NCBI GenBank assembly: GCA_047495785.1 | Contig: JBLDXI010000013.1 | Coordinates: 2,046,001-2,110,000 of the forward strand | From: Lepidodermella squamata | Lineage: Eukaryota; Animalia; Gastrotricha | Reading direction: 5' to 3' | DNA length: 64,000 nt | Part shown: positions 12,136 through 24,383 of the stretch, piece by piece | Layout of the letters: every line of letters begins with the position of its first letter | Numbering within the stretch: the stretch's first letter is position 1 | Position numbers and translations under genes: made by a program | Notes under the pieces: model-generated | What the model was told of the DNA's origin: nothing | Database searches by the model: none | Seen by the model: only the letters and a program-made list of their open reading frames with translations

Positions 12136-14329
12136 ATGGCTCCAATATTGTGCGTTTTCGGAATGTTGCTATGCGCCACCGATCTCGTGAAAGCTTACTC
12201 AGCGTTCACTGATTTGATTCCGAACGGCCGAAACGTTGTAAGCCCTTGCAACGCATCTGCAAAATGGATAGGTATGCCCACGTCCTAATTATCAACATAT
12301 TCATGAATCAGGTTAATGCATATGAAAGGGGTCGGACATGAAAGAGTAGCTGGACAGGGCCCGTTGAACAAGTTCGGCCAGGATTTCTTGAAAGCTGGCA
12401 AGTCATGGACAACGTGGCTGTGTCAGCAGGACAGCGATGGCGATGGTAGAACGAACGGTGAAGAGTTGGCTGACTACAACTGCACGTGGCAGGTCGGGCA
12501 GCCTAACCCGACTGTTGCTACGACAGATCACAGCAGCCACATGATGGCATCGGCAACAATAACCCACCCTGGCATTTGCGAACCGGTGAATTCGGCAAAA
12601 TGCAGGTCTCTAAATGGGGATTTCGTCTACAACACGCCTGGCTGCTCGTCTTCGAACTCATCGTGGTGTCCGGCGGTTTTGAATTCAACGCTACAAGTTA
12701 CCGCTCAAACGTTGAGTTATGATAATTACACGATACCGGCTATTCAAACGACCTACGCGTGCCAGCAATACACACTGCCAGGAGATGTGGACTACTCGAT
12801 TATTGCCGTAATAAAAAATCACGCTTTTTCATAATTTGACCTACTTTTCTAATAACAGTACGAGCCACTCATTGACAATCAAGAAATCGTGCATCACATG
12901 ATTTTGTACACGTGCAATTCAGAGCAGGAAGAAGCAAACCTAGGAAGCCAGTACATGCAACCAGCCGAATGTGGCATGACCCCGGTTTGCTCCAATATGG
13001 CGATAGTCTGGGGATTCGGCATGGGGGAAAATCGATGCTACAGTGACAATGTCGCCATAACGATGGGGAATAGCACCTTCCGGAAGGTTTTGCTACAAAT
13101 TCACTACAACAACCCGAAAAAGAAGGCCAATCAGTTGGATTCAACTGCTCTCAGGATTTACTATTCCCCGAAATCTGTTGCCAATCGACAGTACAGTGCT
13201 GCTATGGTTGCGTTTGGCCAGGTTGATATCGGCATGCCGCCTGCTATGCCTGAGGTGAATGTCGGGGCCTGGGCGTTTGTCAACGACACAACGTGTAGCC
13301 GAACTTTGATGAAACCTTATTCTAAATACTACATAACCACGCTGTACTTTCACATGCATATGCTTGGCTACCATGCCAAGCTTGCAATTCGGAAGGCGGC
13401 AACGAACTCGTGGGTCATTTTGATTGATGAAGATGTGACCTACGACAGGCCGAAAATGGCAATCTACAACGATCAGAGCAAAGCCCCTTTTATCGAGCCA
13501 GGGGATGAACTGTTCATAGGTTAGTTAGATTCAATGTTAGTTTCTTTTCCTCTAAGACGATTCAAACAGAGTGCACTTTCAAAACCACTGGAGCTTCGGA
13601 TTACACGTTTTTCGGTCCCAACACGGCTGATGAGATGTGCATCGGTTTCCTTGAAATTTACCCGCGGCCAAATGACAGAAACTACATGTCCTTGTTCAAT
13701 TTCGGCGACGTAATTCCACTAAAATTTGAAGCCTGTATTCCACCTTAATTATATTATATTTCCAGATGTCTGCCTGCATGTGGTTTGGAAGCGAAGACGG
13801 CTATTTGCCTACTACGAAAAATATGTACAGCTGTGATCTTGTTCCATTTCTGGCAATTCTTGACCTTATCGGCAAAACGCCGGATGCTTCGTTCAAGTTC
13901 AACGAAAGCTGCTATTCAGCCACGCCAACAACCACTTGCAAGCCTCAATGCATAACGTAGGGTTTTTACCTTAAATTTTTTGAAATCTATGAGCATTATT
14001 TTGCCAATAGGCAACTCGATAAGTTCAGTCTGAGGAATAATACATGCATGTTGGGTCCGATTTTCCGGAATCTTGTCCAAAGAGTTGTACCGAGTCTCTC
14101 CGACGCCTACAAGCTTCAATGGGGCATCACGCCTTGCATGGGTATCAAACAGTCGGATTATCCTGCGATCAAAAATTCGTGGTACATTCGCCCTAATCCG
14201 TCGGCGATCAGTGTTATTAACGCTCAAGCTAACACTATTAACAACGTGACTACTCTGAAAAATTCAGCCATACGATTTGGCTGGAACGGATTTACAGTCA
14301 TCCTAGCACTTGCTGTGTTCATTTTTTGA
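12136..14329 (+). CDS. Temptin-domain copper type II monooxygenase, paralog 4
   Basis: ATG 12136 MAPILCVFGMLLCATDLVKA-YSAFTDLIPNG; DSDGDGRTNGEELAD; VHHMI, QIHYNNP, FHMH, DEMC; tail NSAIRFGWNGFTVILALAVFIF. Confidence 0.9.
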
Positions 14330-14542
14330 AGAAAAAACTATCATTATTATTTGTCGATTTTCCCCGGTTTATGCTGTCAACTGTGATTTTTTCCAATTAA
14401 TTTCGTAAGTAAAATCAAATAAATATAAATTATTGGACACCGTCACTTCTGTGTTTGCTTAAATCTGAGTCATCCAAGAATTAAATTGCGAAGTCCATAA
14501 CAACTGTTGAAGTTGCAGTATTTGCGTTTTTCCGAACAAAAA

Positions 14543-17238
14543 ATGACTAAGATTTTTCTGACATTTTGTCTCCTACTGGCAAATCCGAGCTGCTTGGAGG
14601 CTTATAAAAGTTTCAGAACAACCATTCCCAATGGCCTGAATGTCCCTCACCCATGCAAGTCTTCAAGCCTTTTTTGGGCGGGTATTTTTTCTCAATTTAT
14701 CGTCTGAGATTGATACATTCGTTGACTAATTAGGAGTCGGACACGAAGCCCCAGAAGGTGCTGGCCCTCTGAACTCTTTCGGAAGGGATTTTCTAGCAGC
14801 GGGCAAAATTTGGACAGAAAAGCTGTGCCGGGCTGACAGTGACGGTATAGACGACGGTTCAGGGCTTTAATTCCCATTAATTGAACGATTTTAGGTGATG
14901 GGAAAACGAACGGGCAGGAATTGGGCGATCCTAACTGCGTTTGGACACCCGGAGCGACTCCAGCGATTGTTGATGCTAAACAGCTCTCTCATCCAGGCGT
15001 TTGCGAGCCGATAAATGCGCCAACTTGCACGAAATTGAACGCATTTCTGTCGAGCATCGACATTTGCGTGGCAGCCTTAGGTGGTTCTAACCCAGGCGAT
15101 TGGTGCCCTGCTGTTAGGGCGGATGGTGTGAAATTCATCGAATTCAAATACGACTCTGTTCAAATACCGGCACAGGATACTACCTACTACTGCAAACAAG
15201 CTATTTTCCCGAACGACATGGAATATCATATCATTGCTGTAAGTGAAGCTGACCTTTTTCGAGAAAAATCGCGATCCCTTTAATTCAAAATAATTTTAAA
15301 ATAATATAAAAATTCGAAATTCCAACCGATGAGTAACTTCATTTTTTCGGGGTTTCCCAATTTTTCACCATAATATTAAAATCGCCCTGCTACATTGTTT
15401 AATCAGCGGTGAAGTTCTCGGCAGTAATTAGAAATAGGGTTCCACTAAATTCTTAAAAATTTCAACCATAATTTGCGCCAAGTCGATATCGATTTTAAGT
15501 ACTGATTTTAACAACCAATGACTTTTCGGATCTAGTTATTGGCAAAATGAACAATTTCGATCCTACAACAAAAAATCCTTAGGTCATCATTTTTGATTGA
15601 GGGCAAAAGTCGAAAAATTGGACAAATTTAGTGCTGGAATCTAGAACCAGCTTGGAAGCCAAATGTCAACTTTGTGAATGTTTGACCCTGAGAGATATAA
15701 TATTCCAAAAAAGAAACTTGTAATGAAATTTGATGACTTTTTATAGTGGGAACCACTCATCGACAATCGAGAAATGTTCCACCACATTGTAATGTACAGC
15801 TGTGACGTCGATGGCGAACAAGAGTTGCAAACGACTAAGAAATACGAGAAACCCGAGTCTTGCGGCATGACCCCTCGAGAATGTTCAGATATGGCTTTTG
15901 TCTGGGCCTTCGGGCAGGGCCCCCGGTGCTACAGCAGCAACGTCGGTATACCAGCCGGGAAAAACAGCCGAAAAACATTCCTACTACAGCACCACTACAA
16001 CAACCCTTTCAAATTGCCTAACGTCGTTGATTCATCCGGAATTCGAATTTACTACACCACGACGAAGCGGATGTATGAAGGCGCGATGATGGGTATTGGC
16101 CAAATGGATATCATGATTCCGCCGGGTCAAAAAGCAACCGTCACTGCCAGGCCATTTTTAGGATCAGACACCTGCAGCCGGCAAAGCCTTGCGCCGAACA
16201 ATCAATATTACATGTCGTCAATGCTGTTTCACATGCATAAAATCGGAGTTTATGCTAAACTCGATTTAATCAAGCCAGACGGTCGAAAAATTTCAATTAT
16301 CAACCAAACAGCAACTTACGACCGGCCGCCAATGCTTACCTGGACGCAGGAGAACTCACCGGTTATTCAGCCGGGTGACGATTTCGAAATATCATGCACA
16401 TTTGACGCGTCTATTTCGCCGGACTACAAACAACAGTACACGTTTTTCGGCGAAAAAACGCAAGACGAAATGTGTTTCGCTTTCATGGAAAGTATGCAAT
16501 TTACTTCTTCATTTTTGGGTAAAATTCGAGTATTTTTCTGTAGTTTATCCACGACCAAACAATCGACCAGATCAGCAGTTTATGAACTTCGACAATGTAA
16601 ATAATTACTCCCGATTTTTTTAATATTTTTTCTAACATTTTGTCCCAAAGATGAATCACTGTCTGTGGGCTGGCGGTCAGCAGGTGGTAAAGTTACAAAA
16701 TTGCGAGAACTTCGACGCTTTCCAGCAGAACATGACTAAAAGCATGCAATCAGCCGATAGCGCTGATTGGCTGGCGAAATGCAAGGCAGAGACATATCCA
16801 GCCACTTCTTGTCCAAAGAGTTGCGCCCAATTTCTCGACAAATACGGCCTTCTCGAGAATCCGTGCTTGAAGGGGCCCGTTTTCCGCTTTGCTGGCGGTT
16901 TCATGATATCGCAGACGTATTCCGACATTTATTCAGTTCAATCGACGACAGATTTGTGCACGAAAGCTAGTTTGAATCCAAGCGTTAACCCCGTCCCGCC
17001 AGCTACAGCTACAACTGCTCAGCCTGCTTCGGGAATGAATGAGGCGCCAACAGGTGCATCAGGTAACAGAGCGTCAGCAACTGCGTCAGGTAACAGCGTT
17101 ACAGGAATGGTTTTCACTGCTGGAGAAGGCTACGGCAGCACACCTCAACCTGGAGCTAGCAAGAATGCGGCGTTTACTGCGAAGTGTGGACCTTATATTG
17201 CCATTATCCTTGTAATGATTATGATGTCACTATTTTGA
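14543..17238 (+). CDS. Temptin-domain copper type II monooxygenase, paralog 5
   Basis: ATG 14543 MTKIFLTFCLLLANPSCLEA-YKSFRTTIPNG; extra intron within DSD|GDG; FHHIV, QHHYNNP, FHMHK, DEMC; Ser/Thr/Ala stalk and GPI-like tail; intron 15239-15746. Confidence 0.9.
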
Positions 17239-18363
17239 CTCAGAGTTTGCTTTTGTTTGCTTTGAGCGTTTTTGCTTTGCGTGGGTGTTATAATCACGTC
17301 TCGAGAATCAGAAAAATACACACATCTTTGAACAAGTGAAAATTGGGGTTTTGGCGAAGTTTTTCGCACCGTGAGATTTTGATGCCGCATCCAATATCGA
17401 TGAACAGCGAGTCAAACGATGGCAATGCGATATTAGCCCTTATGATTTGAGAGAAACTGGGCTTAATAATCGATTTTTAATGAAGTGAAGTTAATGAGGT
17501 TAGGATACAAGGGGGCTGACCTACGCGGGTGCTCGGGTAGAAACCGTGGTAATTGTTGCGTGCTTTCGACTTTTTTCATTTTGACACGATTCAACGAAAG
17601 ATTTCAGTTCAGGACATTTTCGCTTAGCTGAAAAATATTATATCTTTGCTCTTTGCTGAGAATTTCGGAAGTCCTGAATGCTGAATGCTAAATTTCGGCA
17701 ATGGGATCCGAAAATCTAAAAATTTATACCCTTTTTTATAGCTTTTCAACTTGAAATAGCGTAGATATGAACTGAAACATGAGTAAAACATAAATAACAG
17801 CCTTAAAGTAGGTAATCTTCTAAAAGATGCCCTTTTCCTCCTTGGAAGATGTTAGCCGACCTGTTTTACCGCCGCATGAGTGTAAACATTCAGTTCACGC
17901 CTCGTCAAATAGCAAGACAATGGAGCTATTTTTAGAAAATCTTCCATCTGCCCTCGTTATGGATGGGTGGGAGTAGTCAATGGCCGATGTAGAACGACAA
18001 TTTCGCGGGAATCAAAGCTAATTCAAGTTCACTCCTCAAGGTTGTTGACTTTTCGGGGTAATGAGGGAAGGCAAATATACGGTTGTCATTAGGGTAAAAC
18101 TTTAATATAAAAACTGACTAATGCATTAATCACCACCTGCTATATTTCGCTCGTTGCGTTTCATGTTCTCATCATCAATCACTACGTGGTTATACGGCAT
18201 GGTGGTGTTTACTTTGCGGAAAAAGCGTATAGTGACACAGACGTTTTTTCTGAGTTGAGTGTACATGGAATGTCAACAACCGTTTTTTCTTTAAGAAGCA
18301 TCTCAAATAATGGATGATATCGCTACACAATCACAGTCATTCATTGTATACTTACTTTTAAAA

Positions 18364-21300
18364 ATGAGCTCTTTTTGGCTCCTAGCTTTTCTACCATTCC
18401 TTATTGAAGCCTACCCTAGCTATAAAAACAGCATTCCTAATGGGAACAACGTTCCTCACCCTTGCAGTCAGGGGCAGACGTGGTCAGGTTAGTTGATTGA
18501 TTTTAGGTTTCATCAGCCCTAATTCTGCTGGCAGGAGTGGGACATGAAGCGTCACAAGGAGCCGGTCCTTTAAACGTATTTGGTAAAGCCTTCCTCAATG
18601 CTGGTAAAACCTGGACTAAGGCTTTATGCATGGCTGATTCTGATGGTTAGATCAATTTTTTCATTTGGGGTAAACAAAAACAATAAAATTTTTAAGGCGA
18701 TGGTAAGACAAATGGCCAGGAACTCGGTGATCCTGGCTGCGTTTGGACTACCGGTGCAGTGCCGACAATGACTGATGTCAAGATGCTAGGCCATCCAGCA
18801 ATTTGCGAGCCAATCAATTCGACGAATTGCAGGGCTAACAATGCGTTCCTTCTCAGTAATCCATCATGTGCAACTCTGATGGGCGGAAGCAGCAGTGGCT
18901 CTAGTGGCGATTGGTGTCCTGCTATTAAGGGCGCTGATGTCAAGGTGATCGAATTCCGCTATAACAACACCCAAGTTCCAGCGCAAGAAACCACTTACTT
19001 TTGTCAACAAATCAAATTTCCGTCCGATGACGACTATCACATTATTGCGGTAAGTTTTTATTACAAATCAGCTCTCGAATCACCCGATGAATCATCAATG
19101 GCTCCTCTCCATGCCATTATATAGTTCATTTGTAGCGTCCAAAATTAGGACCTCAATTTGTTTGGCTAAGCGTTAGCTCGAACCATAGACATAATTTAGG
19201 ATAGACTGCTTACTCACGAGAAAAAGGGTGCTACGCCATGGGCACCAGATGGTCAGCTGATTCATCAGCGCTTGGAGGAAAAGTAAACAAAATATTCGAT
19301 TCTTTTTTTACTGGTTCCGTGACGGTTTCGATTTTCCCAAGGTTATCGTTGACGGATCCAGACAGAGGAAATCACGAGGAAGACGCTGATTATTTTTTCA
19401 AAATTTTTGAAGGAATTTTAACTGGTTTTATAAACCAAAAACGGTTTTGCAGTTATAAATAAAAATATATTTCACAGTCATTTAAATTGAAATTGAAGCA
19501 GTTTTTTGATGGTCCAGGTAGCCCACATCGTGGTCCACATTTCAATACTTGGAGGGACCTTCGATGATTTTTTACTGATTTTCTAAGAATTTTCAAAATA
19601 TCACCAAGCGAAATTGGCATTATATTGAAAGAAAAGCCCTACTACAATCTTTTTCCAGCTACGCCATGTGGGTGTGGCGCACGTGCTGTCAACATAGATT
19701 CCAACTCGAAACCTCCAGTTTTTAAATAGCTGGAGGTTGAGATTTCTTTTCTAAAATTCTTAGAAAATCAGTAAAAAATCATCGAAGGTCCCTCCAAGTA
19801 TTGAAATGTGGACCACGATGTGGGCTACCTGGACCATCAAAAAACTGCTTCAATTTCAATTTAAATGACTGTGAAATATATTTTTATTTATAACTGCAAA
19901 ACCGTTTTTGGTTTATAAAACCAGTTAAAATTCCTTCAAAAATTTTGAAAAAATAATCAGCGTCTTCCTCGTGATTTCCTCTGTCTGGATCCGTCAACGA
20001 TAACCTTGGGAAAATCGAAACCGTCACGGAACCAGTAAAAAAAGAATCGAATATTTTGTTTACTTTTCCTCCAAGCGCTGATGAATCAGCTGACCATCTG
20101 GTGCCCATGGCGTAGCACCCTTTTTCTCGTGAGTAAGCAGTCTATCCTAAATTATGTCTATGGCTCGAACTGTAACCTCATTTCCGACAGTGGCAAATGA
20201 AAATGAAAAAAATGTTTTCCTTAGCTAGGGACATTCATTATTATTTTCCCATGACTAGGAATAAGAATCATGAAATCCTCCGATAGAGATAATTACGCGT
20301 TACGCGTATAGTAAATATGAGAAGATTTCCAATAAGTAAGACCGCCATTCGTGCCAGGCAGTGTTGACCTAGTTTCGGACAATCGGGAACCACGCAAAAG
20401 TAACACACTTTAACGATGATTGCGCACCCTTAATGCGACAAATCTCGTGGGAATCCTCGACACCTTGGCCTTGAATTGAAAAAACTAGAAAAATGGGGGC
20501 TAAGGGCCCGCTCTGATGGTTCCGAATATATCCAAGTCTTTTCACCATTTTTCGAGTGGAGCAATATGGGATTCCTTAGAAGATATTAGTAGCTAATATC
20601 CTCCTTATACTCGAATACCAAATAATGAAAAATAATTAATGAACATTTGATTTTTTAGTGGGAACCGATCATCGATAAGCGTGAGATGTTCCATCACATG
20701 GTTGTGTTTGGCTGCAGCAGCCAAGGCGAATATCGGTTGCAAGTGCAGAAGAAATTCGAGAAACCAGAATCTTGCGGCATGCAGCCTAACGAATGCCCTG
20801 ACTTCACTATTGTTTGGGCATTCGGGCAGGGCCCAAGGTGCTACGATAGCAACGTCGGTGTTCCAGTTGGCAAGAACTTCTTCAAAACCCTGCTACTACA
20901 ACACCACTACAACAACCCTTACTTGGTTCGGGATACTACTGACTCGTCAGGAATTCGCATTTACTACACCACGAAAAAGCGACCGAATGACGCTTCGATG
21001 CTAAGCGTCGGTCAAATGGATATTTTATTGCCGCCAAAGCAAAAAACGGCTGTTTCGGCTAAATCATTCATGGGCTCGAAAGACTGCAGTCGTAAAGCGC
21101 TCGAGCCCCAGCAAAAAGTCTACTTTTCATCTATGTTGTTCCACATGCACCACTTGGGCGTTTATGCCAAGTTGTTCATAGCAAAACCAGACGGTAGACG
21201 GCTGCAGGTGATCAACGAGGCGGTAACTTACGATCGCCCGCCCTTGCTGACATGGTCGCAAGACAGTGCCCCGGTGTTGGAGGTTGGCGATGAAATCGAA

Positions 21301-22089
21301 ATCGAATGCACCTACGACGCGAATATGCGCGAATATTCGCGGGTCAACTACACATTCTTCGGAGAAGGAAGTCAGGATGAAATGTGCTTCGCTTTCATCG
21401 AAAGTATGCAGTTTTTTCGCCAAATTGTTTTACCGTATTTCAATCATTTTTTTCAGTTTTCCCCAGGCCTGGGGACAGAGCTTACATGTCTTATAGCTAT
21501 ATCGATGAAGTAAGTCATTTTCTTCAGAATATTCGGAAAAATAATCGGCTATATGCAAATAGATGAATGACTGCGTTTGGAGCGATACGCGGGGAATGGG
21601 ACCAGAGAAGCTGAAAGAGTGCGATAAATTTCGCCCCTTCAAAGACAAGTTCACCAGCATAATGCGATCGCCTGATGGCATGCGGTGGATGGAAGATTGT
21701 TACACGGACAATTATCCAGCGACTTCGTGTCGCCAGGGATGTCTTGAGTAAGTTAGGGAAAAATTTGAAAAAATTATTTATAAGCGGTGATTTTTAGTTT
21801 TCTGAACAAATACAACATGACGAATGACCCGTGTGTTCGCGGGCCGGTTTTTCGGTACAACGGTGGCTTTTGGATTTCGCCGAATTACAGCCCGATTTAT
21901 AGCATTCAATCGAACATGGAGTACTGCATTACGGGGAAATCTGGCGAAGTTGCCGCTACAACGAAAGCGCCGGGTGATTCTTCCTCGGTTGCTGCTACTA
22001 CCACCAAAAAGCCGAAAAATAGCGCTTCCAAAATGCTATATTCATTTAGTAACTTGATATTTATTATCATTGCATTACAGCTGAGTTAA
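18364..22089 (+). CDS. Temptin-domain copper type II monooxygenase, paralog 6
   Basis: ATG 18364 MSSFWLLAFLPFLIEA-YPSYKNSIPNG; FHHMV, QHHYNNP, FHMHH, DEMC; GPI-like tail; 1.6-kb intron 19050-20658 contains a foldback element. Confidence 0.9.
19184..20162. mobile_element. Non-autonomous foldback DNA transposon (979 bp, ~410-bp TIRs, 8-bp TSD; P/Galileo- or hAT-like)
   Basis: Arms 19184-19593 and 19753-20162 are reverse complements (the same spurious 74-aa ORF is called on both strands). Termini CATAGAC...GTCTATG; flanking direct repeat GCTCGAAC at 19176-19183 and 20163-20170; empty site in the paralog at 25737-25744. Confidence 0.92.
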
Positions 22090-22599
22090 TGATTCTTGGT
22101 AGAGACGGATTAACCGGTGAAAATAATTATTCAAGTTTTCAGTAACTTAAGTTTATCAAAAATTGTAGTAATAGTTGCATGACATTTTGACTGTACTAGC
22201 AATCGATCTTTGGAAATGAATAATATTGTAAAATGTCTTATGAAGCCCACTTTTTTCGGTTATAAACTGTTTCTAAAAATGAAAATGTGGACATACAGTC
22301 GGTGCACCGAGTCTTATAAATATGCTGCGGTTGGCTGTTGACGTGGAAGTATTCGTCAAGGGGCGCTGCTCTATCAGTCAGCCAAATAACATTTAAACGC
22401 CCACTCCATTTTATACTGCTTGTCTATGATGCCGTATTGTTCTAGCTCGATTGTCGATGGTCCGCTGCTACACAGGACCAGGTCGTATAATCGCAAACGA
22501 GCAGGCGTATAATCGCCTATGTTAAAGACTAGGCCTGCGATTATACGGCTATGCTGACAACTACTTTGACGCCAGTGGGAGTTGAACCACAGACCTCTT

Positions 22600-23500
22600 G
22601 TTGTTTGTATTCTTGTTCACCCGGTTTCTTTTCCGATTGCAGACGAGTTTTCACCACTGTGATCGATAAAAATTCAATTAGCGAACACAGTTTGTGAATT
22701 CTCATTTACAATCGAACGGTGTGACGATAAAAGCACTGAATGCAGCCGCCACTAACCCGGCCAGCATGGTGTGTTGTGCTACGGTTTCGTTTGTGTCTGG
22801 TCTCTTAGCTTCCTGGAGAACGGCAGAAACATCTCAAAGCAATGAAACTAGGAGTAAAATATTATTACATACCAGCGCATTCAAATTTGCAAACCGCGGA
22901 AAGTAGAACATGGAAAAGGGAACGTCTCGCAGCGCAGTAGGTCTCAAGCCGCGGTACAAACCGAAAATGCCGCGTTCTCGAATGAGGTTAGCCGATAGGC
23001 CAGTTGCGGTTAGACGCGGCCCTTTGCTCTCACCGGATGATTCTACAAAATTATTTCAGAACTTGATTACCAAAGAAAAGCAGGCAAATTAGAAATAATT
23101 TTTCCGCCCTCATCTTGTATCTGAATTTCAAGACGCTCCATAGAGGTAGTGATAATAGTTTGGCAAAGACCAACAGAACCTCCAGCTAGCATTTCACGAG
23201 GAACCGTCAATTGATTTTGGCTGTCTCGTAAATGATACCGGAAAAAGTCATTACCAACCAACTTAATAGCTTTCTCCGGGGTGATCAGCAGTAAATTGAC
23301 AGCAGCTCCTCGATAGAAGCCGAAAAAGCCTTCCTTTTTGAAGATTTTCTTAGCGCAGTAGAAGAGACTCGAATACTCGAATTTATTGAATTCGAGTTTT
23401 AAAATTTTGTTTAGTGTGTGATGAATTGTTGCGTGATCGTTTTTTGCATGTGTATTTTGGTTAAAAGTGCCAAGTCCATAGGATCACCCAGTTGCAGGTA
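22600..23500 (-). pseudogene. Mitochondrial glutamate carrier (SLC25A22/SLC25A18-like) pseudogene fragment
   Basis: Minus-strand translation gives KEGFFGFYRGAAVNLLLITPEKAIKLVGNDFFR..EMLAGG, then [25 protein letters not shown], then VTPFD/VVKTRLQ. The carrier signature is degenerate (TTSMERLE), one splice donor appears lost, and the 3' end is truncated near 22600. Confidence 0.8.
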
Positions 23501-23859
23501 TTTAACCCTTTCACGGCGGGAAGGACGATTTCGGAATTTCGACTTTGAAAATTCGCAGAAAATCGAATTTGATGAATTCTTATCAGCCCTTTTGAGGAAT
23601 ATTGCTTTTCGATGTTGGCTACAATGTTTTGAAACCAGGACTGCGTTATCTTGCATGGCCAGGACATACTAGCAATTTTAAAATAGTCAACCTGACATTG
23701 AAATTTCGATTTTTTTCAACTTGAAATCTCATAGGTTTCTGATCATGTTTTGATCCAACAAAAAATATCACCGTGTCTGCCATAGTCTAATTGACCTCTG
23801 TGTAAATTCTTTCGAGTTGGAAATTAAAAATGACGACGCTATTGAGATTTAATCAAAAC

Positions 23860-24139
23860 GGCCGAATTCGTCCTATCCGCCCAGACTTATACAGGTGGAG
23901 TGCGTGATTGTTGTGCTGCAAAAACTGTCGCGAGGAAATACTGGAAAAGCTGAATTCAGATCTGAATGCTGAGCCTCTAAAACTTCTTCAAACTAAATTT
24001 TTTCGGTGATATAAGTGAGGGAGAATATTCGGGACATTCGTGGGAGTAATTTAGAATCTAAAATTCCAAAGCTCAAGGCATCTGACTCAGAAATTAGGGT
24101 GCTCGAAAAATCAGCTGGGCGGATAGGACGATTTCGGCC
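23860..24139. mobile_element. Putative MITE with 25-bp terminal inverted repeats
   Basis: ggccgaattcgtcctatccgcccag (23860-23884) versus ctgggcggataggacgatttcggcc (24115-24139), 1 mismatch; no clear TSD. Confidence 0.55.
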
Positions 24140-24383
24140 AGTTTTTGTACAGCCTCAACGCTGATAGATAAAGACAAACGGATTTAAAAATCGTCATCAG
24201 GGCCTTCGAAAACCCCTAGAACTGCCGTCAAATATTTTTTCTACCGCAGATATATAATTCCACCATGAAAGTGTTAATGAGGAAAATGTTGAAAAAGGCA
24301 CTCGGCACTTTAAACCGCTACACCGACGATATGTTGCCAGGACACAAATAAGGATTTTTATGTTTTCATGTTTTATTTACCAG

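Noticed and set aside
19238-20108. Two identical 74-aa ORFs on opposite strands
   Set aside because: A by-product of the foldback element's inverted arms; no coding features.
22568-22598. tRNA-like T-arm sequence (also ~55690-55765)
   Set aside because: Only a B-box/T-arm is recognisable and no full cloverleaf could be built, so it is not called a tRNA.
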